Virus record (IMG/VR): IMGVR_UViG_3300045988_143098
Direction: 5' to 3' (one strand)
DNA: 59,008 bases
Source: a virus
In this document: one piece after another, positions 49,801-57,597 of the stretch
Position numbering within the stretch: the stretch's first letter is position 1
Layout of the letters: every line of letters begins with the position of its first letter
Translations under genes and position numbers: made by a program
The notes under the pieces: model-generated
Seen by the model: only the letters and a program-made list of their open reading frames with translations
The model's database searches: none
Told to the model about the DNA's origin: nothing

Positions 49801-50417
49801 GCATTAGAAACAAGCAGAGCCTTGTGACGTCAACCGCCATTGCAGTCGCTAAGAGCGCGTATCTGGCGGCTCAGCGAACGCTTAGGATTGGGTCACCGTC
49901 CAAGGCATTTGCCGAAGTTGGCATGTATAGCGACATGGGCTGGGCACAAGGCATGAACCGCTATGGATATATGGTGGAAGCAAGTGTCGAAAACACGGCA
50001 GACAACACCCTGTTCTTGGCACACGACTTGATGTCTTCGTTGGCGTATCTGATGTCCGACATGGATTCTGCACCGACAATTCGTCCTGTCCTCGACACCA
50101 CGGAAATTCAAAATGGTTTCGATATGATGGATGGCATGTTCGGGAATCGCAGTTTGAGTCTCGGCATCAACGAAGCATCCAGAACTGCCCGAAACATGGC
50201 AAGCTGGGTGAACGATGGCCATCAGGTAACTTTGCATACAGACAACAGCGACGTTGTGAACGCAATTAACGTTCTTTCGCAGAACTTCAATCAGCTCAGC
50301 GACGCTGTTTCCAATATGCAGATGGTGCTGGACACTAACACTGTTGTTGGTCGTCTCAGCCCCAAAATTGATAAACGGCTTGGCGTACTTGCAAGTCAAC
50401 GCGGGAGGGGGAACTAA
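43863..50417 (+). CDS. tape measure protein (2184 aa)
   Basis: GTG 43863 after GGAAGGAGGTGA. Helical N-region, about six tandem hydrophobic modules (aa ~800-1330), four ~50-aa C-proximal repeats, C-terminal RIGSPSKAFAEVGMYSDMGWAQGM motif. Confidence 0.95.
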   Translation: MSSIDTRVVEMSFDNKQFEEGVDTTISSLKNLDKKIRESSTKDSFEGLERAASSVSFDRLYNNIEKIANRFSIWGIAVETTIRSAVRSAERYLKNFIKSFTTDPIASGFDEYQTQIDATQTIMSNTSWEIEDDVERLEKVNSALSTLNAYADKTIYNFTEMTRNIGTFTAAGVGLQDSTDAIQGISNLAAVSGSTSQQASTAMYQLSQAMSSGAVKAQDWNSVVNAGMGGKMFQDALVATASAMGVTVEKTVTEIGKNGKTTKKKVKKTVQELINEGSFRESLSEGWLSKDVLLNTLKQFSGVYTEANKGELEVLGFTSQQIEDIIKMGEDATEAATKVKTVRQLMDTLKESAQSGWTQSWQIIVGDFAEAKELLTKVSDYFGGLIQQSSDARNAILQGWKDGGGRDKIIKAFWDMSEAIEKIGSVAKNVFNSVLPKITSDTLVDISTKIGEFAGKFKDFFSDTDNLEKVRRIFEGMAAPLEIVRAVLSGIGEIVSALFSTLVPNGMGSLLDLYANVGDVLVSIKDFILGNGTIKEIFSQLLDVAKTIGVRLSEILGGIANLLAKLKKVAKDSGFIDKIKDTLSGISDFIKSAIVGVRDLGMQFVEFITQSDIGVKIFNKIKTAFENISRIVKKCTEKISTFMKSLFGAQEQSNGGRSEKENVFTRVLNWIINAKNKAQIILASVGEMLHVDEIVDKIKTFFSEIQAAFVNSDGSVDVENGLDWIVDKLKKFFLAIKSLLMWVLDFLKNSVLAIFDVVKQMPINDFLKISLAVGNIIRAISLFRGMSAISSAAKGLESAGRGFSGIADALKNIAKNGLKVTKGEKKFDTIGTTLLKIAGSLLLVVGAVWLLTRIKASDMNSAMLRLSEIAAVILLVGLVSKLAFGDDAAVGDNIKSISISIALMAGLVYLINLIPQSMFYNGLARVGLMVLVFGGLITAMSIINGKLGGSGFDTSKSKFISMAVAIGILSLCVAGLAKIEPLALARGAAAVFVLGIVLGALAVVIGKYGSYSNGAKPRGLIAMSIAIGILALCVAGLAAIPTSDMRRGVAAVSILGIVLAGLVLAVGAASKWAGGGKRVLAVVASTILGIAALVWAVLSLKDIPFSRLAEIIGSITVALVGIFLAIAGSARLAGKGGGTRAFVEAIGAVLAIAALVAAILLLKDVPEEQIKTICISLGAALSALFLSIGGAVRLAGHNILGTIGIVLVLVLSLVAVCAALKFISDNDIKWETIAALCGGVSVLALAIAGACKLAGAGAGSTLLGAAVLAGALLLIGLGIAAFAMLAGSAMDSFSTGIFKLGANLDLAKTAAEGIDGDTFQPMIDAVESLVTLATSLLTVNTSGIDSFGTAITNLGARLNLFSTLTSNISGDTSNVTSVIEGISSISTTFADLAERNIDIEKLTNSLVNIGAAINLYSTLVGDGTIAPELLAGSDKEIDASKVKALFDNLSENIPDESTIEKVASFAEGGGNDLTNFSLGLTALGGALNSYKDSVAGLDGDADITAAENVLDSISRLKNKLANDEKQGKFLDWWNGKGTTLQEFSENIVLLGGGLKSFKDSVAGISGISVDSDGTEKTVDDVSSALSVVDTLVEMEDKLTKNGGVLQWFSGSKDFGAFATRINQLGIGLKAYYDSIKMVDSSTLGSLTSPIEALASIETTLDNSGGLLQILEGSSNIGTLGENLKNFGTGFLVFCKTMQEADEDGFKVNPEAIQKMITLCFDPLVGLEERMSAIPSSGFNLEDLIDHLGDNKTRLTNIVEFFDSVKTKDFTAAAKGFVDNVITPLITVESSLNGLNTEGFRLKDLLFDLGYNYGTATDPASLTNIATFFTELADNNVGEAAKNFVDDVIVPLANVETSLSGIKNPGMRLKDLLYDLGSQNEQMTNFNNFIKTLSDNGTSTVMSDFVANVIDPLAAIEVKLAAIKRDDFNLSDLFDHIGSIDSTASIETLATLISSMIDSVNELHYQWVATGEYSMSGFATGIRNKQSLVTSTAIAVAKSAYLAAQRTLRIGSPSKAFAEVGMYSDMGWAQGMNRYGYMVEASVENTADNTLFLAHDLMSSLAYLMSDMDSAPTIRPVLDTTEIQNGFDMMDGMFGNRSLSLGINEASRTARNMASWVNDGHQVTLHTDNSDVVNAINVLSQNFNQLSDAVSNMQMVLDTNTVVGRLSPKIDKRLGVLASQRGRGN

Positions 50418-51119
50418 GTGTATCACTCAATCACCATAGGGGACAAAAACACATGGGATGATTGGCACTTAGTGCCTCTCTCCCGCCCCTTTTTTTCTCC
50501 GCCGATTCCGAAAACAAATTTTGTTGATATTCCGGGCGGTGACGGGTCTATTGACTTATCGACTGCACTTTCCGGGAGAACGGTCTACGAAAATCGAACG
50601 GGGACTATTGAGTTCATGATTGTGAATGGCTATAAAGAATGGTACATCCTTTACAGTGAAATCATGAACTACCTTCAGGGAAGAAAACTTCGTGCTGTTC
50701 TCGAAGATGACCCCGGTTTCTATTATGAGGGTCGCTTCTGGCTGAAGACTTGGAAATCTGGCGAACATTATTCCAGCATTACAATGGAATACAACGTCAG
50801 TCCGTACAAGAGAAGTGTAAACACCAATGAAGATTGGATTTGGGATACTTTCAACTTTGAAAACGGTATCATCTACAGCTATACTAATTTGTCTATTGGC
50901 GATGGTCTAACCATCGAAGTTCCCGGAACGATTGCTGGCATGTCTGTGGACGTAACGTGTTCCGATGATGGCGTTGTGCTATCTATGAATGGACTTGATT
51001 ACACATTAGAACAAGGGCGGAACATTCTCTCGGATACCTCCCTATCTATCGGGATGAATACTCTCAGCTTTAGAGGAACAGGGACGATTACAATCAATAA
51101 CGTCGGGAGGTCACTGTAA
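50418..51119 (+). CDS. distal tail protein (Dit)
   Basis: 233 aa immediately after the TMP; FVDIPGGDGSIDLS... siphovirus tail-component pattern. Confidence 0.75.
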   Translation: MYHSITIGDKNTWDDWHLVPLSRPFFSPPIPKTNFVDIPGGDGSIDLSTALSGRTVYENRTGTIEFMIVNGYKEWYILYSEIMNYLQGRKLRAVLEDDPGFYYEGRFWLKTWKSGEHYSSITMEYNVSPYKRSVNTNEDWIWDTFNFENGIIYSYTNLSIGDGLTIEVPGTIAGMSVDVTCSDDGVVLSMNGLDYTLEQGRNILSDTSLSIGMNTLSFRGTGTITINNVGRSL

Positions 51120-53504
51120 ATGTTTAGCATCTATGTTGATGGTGAACTGCTATATCGACCCGATGGCGACATTGACTGCGCGGCCACAGACCCGGTTCTC
51201 AAACTTGAAATGGGCAAATCCGGTTCCTTGACTTTCGGGTTACCGGTCACGAATGCACTTTACGGGCGATTGCAGAAGCTGGTCTCCATCGTTCAGGTGT
51301 TCTACGACGAACAGGAAGTATTTGAAGGGCGTGTCCTCTCGCTTACAAGAGATTTCAACAACACACTTCAAGTCGAATGCGAGGGTGAACTCTCCTATTT
51401 GGTCGACTCTGTTCAGCGAAATGATGCGTTTACTGGTAAAACCACTGAACTGCTTGCTGAAATCATTGCCCGTCATAACGAAATGGTGGAGCCTTTCAAA
51501 CAATTCAAAATGGGGAAAGTCACTGTTGAAGAACGTGACATCACCATTGCGGGACAGTCTGATAAGACCACTGATGATGAAGGGAACTTCGATTATCGGC
51601 AAATCGAAATCAACTCCACCACAAGCGAATGGCGAGACACTCTGGACTACATTGAAACATGTCTAATCAATTACTGCGGTGGATATTTGCGGGCGCGTCG
51701 TGATGTAGCTGGCAATCTATATCTGGATTGGATTGCCAACTACTATGACCAGACAACACAAACAATTGAGTTTGGTGTGAATATGCTCGACCTCGAGGAA
51801 GAGGACGACGTGAATGATATTTTTACGATACTCATTCCACTCGGCACGAATAATTTGACAATCGAAGAAGTCAACGATGGCAACCCTATGCTGATTGACG
51901 AAGAACGGGTTGCCAAATACGGCAGAATCATAAAAACAAAAACATTCGATAGTGTGTCGAAACCAGAGACACTGAAAGAAAACGGCGAGCGATACTTACG
52001 CGAGAACGGTTTTCCAAAAGTTACACTGACAATCAATGCCGTAGACCTCCATCAGTATGATAAGAATGTCGAGATGATTCGGCTTGGTGACCGGGTGCAT
52101 GTATTGTCCGCCCCGCATAGCATTGGCGATTATTTGATATGCACAGAGATTGAATACGATTTGGCAGACCCCGCAAATACAGAGTATACATTTGGGCAGC
52201 CTACGCAATCACTTACGCAGCGCTGGCGAAAAGACGCCCAAAAATCCGGCGGTGGTGGCGGTGGTGGCGCTGCAGAAGCGGCATCCGAAGAAGCACAACG
52301 GAAAATTTACGATGCATGGATTAATGTAGATTCTGAGGCAGGACATGTGACACTTGGCGCACTGGCAGATAAGGCTGACAGAACTGAAAAGACCATCACA
52401 GGCATGAAAGAATACCTGAACATGAAGGTCGGCATTGATGTGGATGCAAAAGACCCAGAAGCAGGGGTCGATATTAACATCTACACAATGCGGTCGGTTC
52501 TTGACGAGCACGATAAGACGCTGCTCGAACAGGGAACGTACATTAAACAAATCAACGATGATACTAAGTCAGCGATTGAGCAGACAACAGCATACGTTGA
52601 CCAAGTTAATGCAGCTGTAGCGAATCACTACACTGAATTCATCCAGAAGTCGAGCGACATTGAATCGAGCCTCACATTGAAAGCCTCGTCCGATGAAGTA
52701 CATGCCGTCGTTACAAAGACGGAAGAGCTTGGTAAAGAAGTTGCTAACAAAGCTGACACACAGTGGGTGACCACACAGACGAAACTTCTTGATGAGGAAG
52801 TCGCAAAGAAAGCAACAAAGGAAGAAGTTGTTGACCTTGATGCTAAAGTTGCATCGCTTGAAGTATCTGTCTCGGATAACGAATCGAAAATCACGGCACA
52901 GGCAGATACGATAACCCTCAAAGCCAACAAAACCTATGTTGATTCGCAGATTACTGAAGTGAAAAAGCTCATTGCTGATGAGATTGAAGCCCGGAAAGCT
53001 GACCTTGATTGGGTCAATAGCATTCGAGTAAACAGCGCAACAATGAGCGTTGCAGTTCTTGACGTTAGAATCAGTTCTTCTCTTGGTGCAGCTTCTGCCG
53101 TGACTTTGGCGGTCAACAACGGTCTCAGTGCCGGAACCATGATAACAGCGCCCGCCATTGCCGCGTCCATGACAATGCGTGTCGGTGGAAAGAATGTGGC
53201 AACGGAAGATTGGGTAAACGAGCAAATCGCTGCTATCACAATTCCTGACATCAGCGGTGATATTTCAGTAGACAGCATTACTGCTGCCAGTGGAAGTTTT
53301 AGTTCGCTTACTCTCGGCGAAAACACTTTAACTCGGAAAAGCCACACTGCGATAACCGGCATTAAGGGCATCGCAATCAAAACAACGACCGCCACATTGC
53401 GTTACACCAATGCAAATGGGGATGTCGCCAGTCAGAAAATCGTTACTGGTGTCACCATCGACCAAACAGGACTTACAAAATCGACAATCTACTACTACGG
53501 CTAA
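51120..53504 (+). CDS. tail-associated (Tal / baseplate hub) protein with Gly6 hinge and long coiled coil
   Basis: 794 aa after Dit; KSGGGGGGAAEA at aa ~375; heptad-rich C-half. Confidence 0.7.
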   Translation: MFSIYVDGELLYRPDGDIDCAATDPVLKLEMGKSGSLTFGLPVTNALYGRLQKLVSIVQVFYDEQEVFEGRVLSLTRDFNNTLQVECEGELSYLVDSVQRNDAFTGKTTELLAEIIARHNEMVEPFKQFKMGKVTVEERDITIAGQSDKTTDDEGNFDYRQIEINSTTSEWRDTLDYIETCLINYCGGYLRARRDVAGNLYLDWIANYYDQTTQTIEFGVNMLDLEEEDDVNDIFTILIPLGTNNLTIEEVNDGNPMLIDEERVAKYGRIIKTKTFDSVSKPETLKENGERYLRENGFPKVTLTINAVDLHQYDKNVEMIRLGDRVHVLSAPHSIGDYLICTEIEYDLADPANTEYTFGQPTQSLTQRWRKDAQKSGGGGGGGAAEAASEEAQRKIYDAWINVDSEAGHVTLGALADKADRTEKTITGMKEYLNMKVGIDVDAKDPEAGVDINIYTMRSVLDEHDKTLLEQGTYIKQINDDTKSAIEQTTAYVDQVNAAVANHYTEFIQKSSDIESSLTLKASSDEVHAVVTKTEELGKEVANKADTQWVTTQTKLLDEEVAKKATKEEVVDLDAKVASLEVSVSDNESKITAQADTITLKANKTYVDSQITEVKKLIADEIEARKADLDWVNSIRVNSATMSVAVLDVRISSSLGAASAVTLAVNNGLSAGTMITAPAIAASMTMRVGGKNVATEDWVNEQIAAITIPDISGDISVDSITAASGSFSSLTLGENTLTRKSHTAITGIKGIAIKTTTATLRYTNANGDVASQKIVTGVTIDQTGLTKSTIYYYG

Positions 53505-53523
53505 GCAGGAAGGAGGCACGGCC

Positions 53524-53721
53524 ATGCACGAAAAAATTGACGAAATTTCTAAAACCGCGCGAACGATTCGGGACGTTTTGAATCTGGTAACAGTTAAGGG
53601 ACAGGATGATTGCGCTCGGATTGTCTACTGCTGTAACAAGTGCAACGAAATTGCTGAAAAGGCAGCAGCTCTTCCGAATGATAAATCAGAAGATGCAATC
53701 GAGGTGGTAACGAGTGACTAA
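53524..53721 (+). CDS. hypothetical protein (65 aa)
   Basis: ATG 53524 after GGAAGGAGG. Confidence 0.55.
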   Translation: MHEKIDEISKTARTIRDVLNLVTVKGQDDCARIVYCCNKCNEIAEKAAALPNDKSEDAIEVVTSD

Positions 53722-54109
53722 GTTCTTTGAAAACCTTCTCTCTTCTTTGAAAACCACCATATATGGAAGAGAGATGCGTCAGCTGATTCATGATGCTTTC
53801 AAAGAAATCGGTGAAACGATGCTTACCCCAGCTGAAGTCGATTCTTCTACGTCCATTGGTATACTGCAACGCAACGGGACAGATATTTACCCCAAAACCG
53901 TCCCCGAAGCAATTATGGATGTTAGCGGGGAGAATGCAGGAAAATCACTTGTGTTTGGCGATGATGGGAAAGTACACCCAAGTGATACGGCTGGACTCAC
54001 GCAGGAGGATAAAGAACTAATCCTGTCTCTTTTCGATAAGGCTTCCTATTTCACAGATGAAGCAGATGCTGTACTCACAAAACTACGCAACAAATGGACA
54101 GGAGGTTAA
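53714..54109 (+). CDS. putative baseplate/tail-fibre component
   Basis: GTG 53714 after GAGGTGG; TTIYGREMRQLIHDAF N-terminus resembles fibre/BppU-type N-termini (memory). Confidence 0.45.
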   Translation: MTKFFENLLSSLKTTIYGREMRQLIHDAFKEIGETMLTPAEVDSSTSIGILQRNGTDIYPKTVPEAIMDVSGENAGKSLVFGDDGKVHPSDTAGLTQEDKELILSLFDKASYFTDEADAVLTKLRNKWTGG

Positions 54110-54115
54110 TGAGAT

Positions 54116-54331
54116 ATGGCTTGGCATCTGTTTGCCGAAATCAATGTAAAGACAGATCCGCAAGGTTACAAAGAGTTTATGCTTGATAGCCCTGAAGACT
54201 TGACAAACGGAACAGAACCGCCGAACTCCGGATGCTTTGGGAGCATTTGTTTCACGCCGGGTTTCAAAGGCATGTGGCAAAAAGCTCCGAGCGGAGAATG
54301 GGTCAAAATGGGGGTGGAAGATAATGCCTGA
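54116..54331 (+). CDS. hypothetical protein (71 aa)
   Basis: AGGAGG SD. Confidence 0.55.
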   Translation: MAWHLFAEINVKTDPQGYKEFMLDSPEDLTNGTEPPNSGCFGSICFTPGFKGMWQKAPSGEWVKMGVEDNA

Positions 54332-55595
54332 TACATCCACAATCGGTGCCGTTTTGAACCTTTTCGGCGCTGGCAGAAATTCCGGAACTAAAGTACCGCT
54401 GACAACTGACAAAACTTTATCGCTTGCGGACAGGGCCGCTGATGCACAGAAGGTTGGCGAAGCACTGGATACGAAAGCGGATAAAGCCCGCGAGAATTTC
54501 CTTATTGGCAGAGCATCTGGTGCAGCGATTAGCGTTGATGATGCTTTTGCCGCGCCCATGCTTGGTTTGCATGTGTATGGTAAAAGCACACAGGACAGCA
54601 CGCCGACACCGACCGTGCCCGTACCGATTACCAGTGCCGGCAGTGGCGGGACAGTAACCGTCCGCTTGACAGGAGAAAATCTGCTAAACCCGTCGCTCTT
54701 TCAAGATGGGCGATACCAGAATTTTGACGGCACTTCCGCTAATTACGCCATTGCCACCAACGACAATTACTGGATTACCGGGCTTCAGCCGTGCGTACCG
54801 GGAACGGCGTATCACGTCAACCGCGTCTTCGCCGGTGGATGCTTCTATGATGAAGCACGGCAGCCGCTTGGAGCAATCAGCGTCGGCGAGAGTTTCCGTA
54901 CGCCTACCCGATGCGGCTATTTTTGTCTGAACTTTGAAAAGTCAGCTGTGGCATTCGGCGCGCAGGTTGCTGTTGCGCTGGGCGATGCAATTTATGCACC
55001 CTACGCCGAACAGACGCTGATGCTGCAAACGCCGAATGGTCTTCCCGGCATCCCGGTCGCATCCGGCGGCAACTACACGGATGAAAACGGGCAGCAGTGG
55101 GTCTGCGATGAGGTGGATTTGGCGCGCGGGGTATATGTGCAGCGAATCACCAAAATCAAGGTGACGTCGTCGCTTAGCTGGCAAACAACGGGAAATGCGG
55201 TTGACCGTTACTTTGCGTGGTTCAGCGGCATTTACACGTCTAACGTGCTCTGCACGCACTTTTCCACCGCACTGGGTGCTGAAACAGTCGGTGGCGCGAT
55301 TGCCAACCGAAACAACCTTGTTGGCTTTGCATACGGCGCAAAAGGGGCAACGACACTCGATGACTTCAAGGCGTTCCTCGATGCGAATGACGTGTACATC
55401 TGGGCGGCACTCGAATCCCCTGTTGAAACTGCTCTTTCATCCGCCGAAATCGCCGCGTACAAGGCGCTGACCACCTACGCCCCGATGACCGTCATCACGA
55501 CAAACGGCGCAGGTGCAATGACGTTGTACCAGCGTGATGTGAATATCGTAGTGAAAGCATTAGAAGACGCAATTGCGTCCATGACGACGCACTAA
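54324..55595 (+). CDS. putative receptor-binding / tail fibre protein
   Basis: ATG 54324 overlapping the upstream stop; 423 aa last structural gene before lysis; beta-rich. Confidence 0.5.
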   Translation: MPDTSTIGAVLNLFGAGRNSGTKVPLTTDKTLSLADRAADAQKVGEALDTKADKARENFLIGRASGAAISVDDAFAAPMLGLHVYGKSTQDSTPTPTVPVPITSAGSGGTVTVRLTGENLLNPSLFQDGRYQNFDGTSANYAIATNDNYWITGLQPCVPGTAYHVNRVFAGGCFYDEARQPLGAISVGESFRTPTRCGYFCLNFEKSAVAFGAQVAVALGDAIYAPYAEQTLMLQTPNGLPGIPVASGGNYTDENGQQWVCDEVDLARGVYVQRITKIKVTSSLSWQTTGNAVDRYFAWFSGIYTSNVLCTHFSTALGAETVGGAIANRNNLVGFAYGAKGATTLDDFKAFLDANDVYIWAALESPVETALSSAEIAAYKALTTYAPMTVITTNGAGAMTLYQRDVNIVVKALEDAIASMTTH

Positions 55596-55608
55596 AGGAG
55601 GCATTTTT

Positions 55609-55854
55609 ATGGCAATTAACAGCAAAGCTCGGCACGACCTGACTTTCCGTGCAATTAAGCGCGAGATTTCTTCCGGTCGCGACGTGGCATTCTGGCTCGA
55701 TAAGGCTTATGCACACCTTGATAACGGGCTGTTTGGCGAGAACGACATCTCTGAAATTGAGACGCTGGCACAGGCATACTACGATTCGCTGGATGCGGCG
55801 GACAAAAACAGCGAATTGGCTGACTCAACCGACGAGGGCAGAACAGGAACATGA
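55609..55854 (+). CDS. hypothetical protein (81 aa)
   Basis: AAAGGAGG SD. Confidence 0.6.
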   Translation: MAINSKARHDLTFRAIKREISSGRDVAFWLDKAYAHLDNGLFGENDISEIETLAQAYYDSLDAADKNSELADSTDEGRTGT

Positions 55855-56654
55855 GTAAAATTAAGGTTTCTGACCTTCTGTCGGAGCTCAACATCATGCT
55901 AAAAGAGCACTGGAGCTACATCTGGGGTTCTGCTTCCAAGGGATGTGTAGACTGCTCTGGGGCTTTAGTTTATGTTTTCCGCAAGTACGGTCACAGCATC
56001 TATCATGGGTCGAACAGGATTGCGCGGGTCGAGGTGGACGAGCTTCTCCCAATCAGTCGGGCGAAACCCGGTATGGTGGCTTTCAAGGCGCGAAATCCGG
56101 GAGATGCCAAGTATGCTCTGCCGAGTGCCTACAAAAGCGGCGGAAAGAATTACAATGGGGACTTGCGAGACTTCTATCATGTCGGCGTCGTCGGTCAAAA
56201 TGGTAAAGTGCTGAACGCGCAGAGTTCCTCGACTGGCTTCGTGGAGTCCCCCATCAAGACGTGGACGTGCGTTGGATACCTGAAGCAGGTGGATTATGGG
56301 GACATGCAGGAGGATAATATGACAAACGATTCTATTGATATTTGTGGCACAGCCGAAGTAATCGCTGAATCTGGCACTACGGTGCGGATGCGCTCGAAGC
56401 CGCTGAAGAATGCCCCAATCGTGGCGAATGTCAAAGTTGGGACACTGGTAAACCTTCTGGAAACCACTTCCGATTGGTGTCAAATTGAGGTGAACGGCAA
56501 GGTCGGATACATGATGAGCAAGTTCCTGAATAAAATTGATTCGGTGCAAGAGTCCGAACCCGACCTGAGTGATTCTATTGATATTCTGGCGCTGGCCAAC
56601 CGAGTCGAAAATCTCGAAGCTCGCGTAACCGTACTTGAAGGTGGTGTCGGCTGA
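55851..56654 (+). CDS. endolysin: NlpC/P60 cysteine peptidase + SH3b-like wall-binding domain
   Basis: GCVDCSGALVYVFRKYG (catalytic Cys), FYHVGVV (His); C-terminal TVRMRSKP...WCQIEVNGKVGYMMSKFL SH3-like. Confidence 0.9.
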   Translation: MSKIKVSDLLSELNIMLKEHWSYIWGSASKGCVDCSGALVYVFRKYGHSIYHGSNRIARVEVDELLPISRAKPGMVAFKARNPGDAKYALPSAYKSGGKNYNGDLRDFYHVGVVGQNGKVLNAQSSSTGFVESPIKTWTCVGYLKQVDYGDMQEDNMTNDSIDICGTAEVIAESGTTVRMRSKPLKNAPIVANVKVGTLVNLLETTSDWCQIEVNGKVGYMMSKFLNKIDSVQESEPDLSDSIDILALANRVENLEARVTVLEGGVG

Positions 56655-57001
56655 TGCCCGAATGGGTCAAAACACTCATCACTGTTCTCATAGCGGTGTT
56701 CGGTTCGTCCGGTTTCTGGGCATACATCGCCAAGCGAAACGAAAAAAAAGACGTCAAAACGCAAATGCTCATCGGTCTTGCGCACGACCGAATTTTGTTT
56801 CTGGGGATGCGATACGTTGAACGGGGATATATCACCCGTGATGAATATGAAAACCTCTATGAGTATTTGTATCAACCTTATGAAAAGATGGGCGGAAACG
56901 GCTCCGCCAAACGTGTGATGCAAGAAGTAAACAAGCTGCCGATTCATTCGCAGCAAGTTGAGTATAAAAAGGAGGGGTCACCATGCACAAAGCGATGTTG
57001 A
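56654..57001 (+). CDS. N-terminal TM protein of lysis cassette (holin/lysis-accessory candidate)
   Basis: WVKTLITVLIAVFGSSGFWAYI helix; ATGA-type coupling to the endolysin. Confidence 0.5.
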   Translation: MPEWVKTLITVLIAVFGSSGFWAYIAKRNEKKDVKTQMLIGLAHDRILFLGMRYVERGYITRDEYENLYEYLYQPYEKMGGNGSAKRVMQEVNKLPIHSQQVEYKKEGSPCTKRC

Positions 57002-57306
57002 GTCAGCCCATGGGCGGCAAGACTCAGGAAGAAATCGTGGAAACCCGCGAACGTGCAATTCGTGCGCTTCAAGATAGGGGCTACAAAGTCGTCAACACCC
57101 TGTTTACGGATGAGTGGTACAGCAAGGAGGCCATGGAGGCGCGCGGCGTTGTGCAGATTCCGCTGTGTTTCCTTGCCAAGTCTCTGGAAAACATGAGTCT
57201 TTGTCATGCCGCTTATTTTTGTAGGGGTTGGGAACAGGCTCGCGGTTGTCGCATCGAACATGAAGCCGCAAAGAGCTACGGACTTGAAATCATTTATGAA
57301 GAATAA
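56983..57306 (+). CDS. DUF4406 / nucleoside 2-deoxyribosyltransferase-like protein
   Basis: MLSQPMGGK...; AAYFCRGWEQARGCRIEHEAAKSYGLEIIYE matches the LPGWExSxGAxxEhxxA pattern (memory). Confidence 0.55.
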   Translation: MHKAMLSQPMGGKTQEEIVETRERAIRALQDRGYKVVNTLFTDEWYSKEAMEARGVVQIPLCFLAKSLENMSLCHAAYFCRGWEQARGCRIEHEAAKSYGLEIIYEE

Positions 57307-57319
57307 TGAGGAATAAATT

Positions 57320-57529
57320 ATGTTGAGCAATAAGGTTTACGACGTTCTGAAGTGGATTGCGATGTATCTTCTGCCTGCGCTGGGCACGCTGTATTTCGCT
57401 CTGGCGGGCATTTGGAACTTTCCCTACGGTGAAGAGGTGGTTGGCACAATTACCGCCGTAGACACGTTTCTGGGCGTGATTCTGGGCATCAGCACGGCAC
57501 AGTATAATAAGACACTCGATGGTGAATAA
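57320..57529 (+). CDS. holin (phi-LC3-type family)
   Basis: KVYDVLKWIAMYLLPALGTLYFALAGIWNFPYGEEVVGTITAVDTFLGVILGIS. Confidence 0.8.
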   Translation: MLSNKVYDVLKWIAMYLLPALGTLYFALAGIWNFPYGEEVVGTITAVDTFLGVILGISTAQYNKTLDGE

Positions 57530-57537
57530 TTGAAAAC

Positions 57538-57581
57538 GAGGGAAGCGCTAATTGCTTCAACAGCGCTTCCCTCAAAATTTT
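57538..57581 (+). terminator. 12-bp perfect hairpin separating the lysis genes from int
   Basis: GAGGGAAGCGCT-loop-AGCGCTTCCCTC then AAAATTTT (could act in both directions). Confidence 0.8.
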
Positions 57582-57597
57582 AGAGGAGACGTTGACA

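Noticed and set aside
54324-55595. Diversity-generating retroelement acting on the receptor-binding protein
   Set aside because: No reverse transcriptase gene is present anywhere in the window, and I found no template/variable repeat pair.
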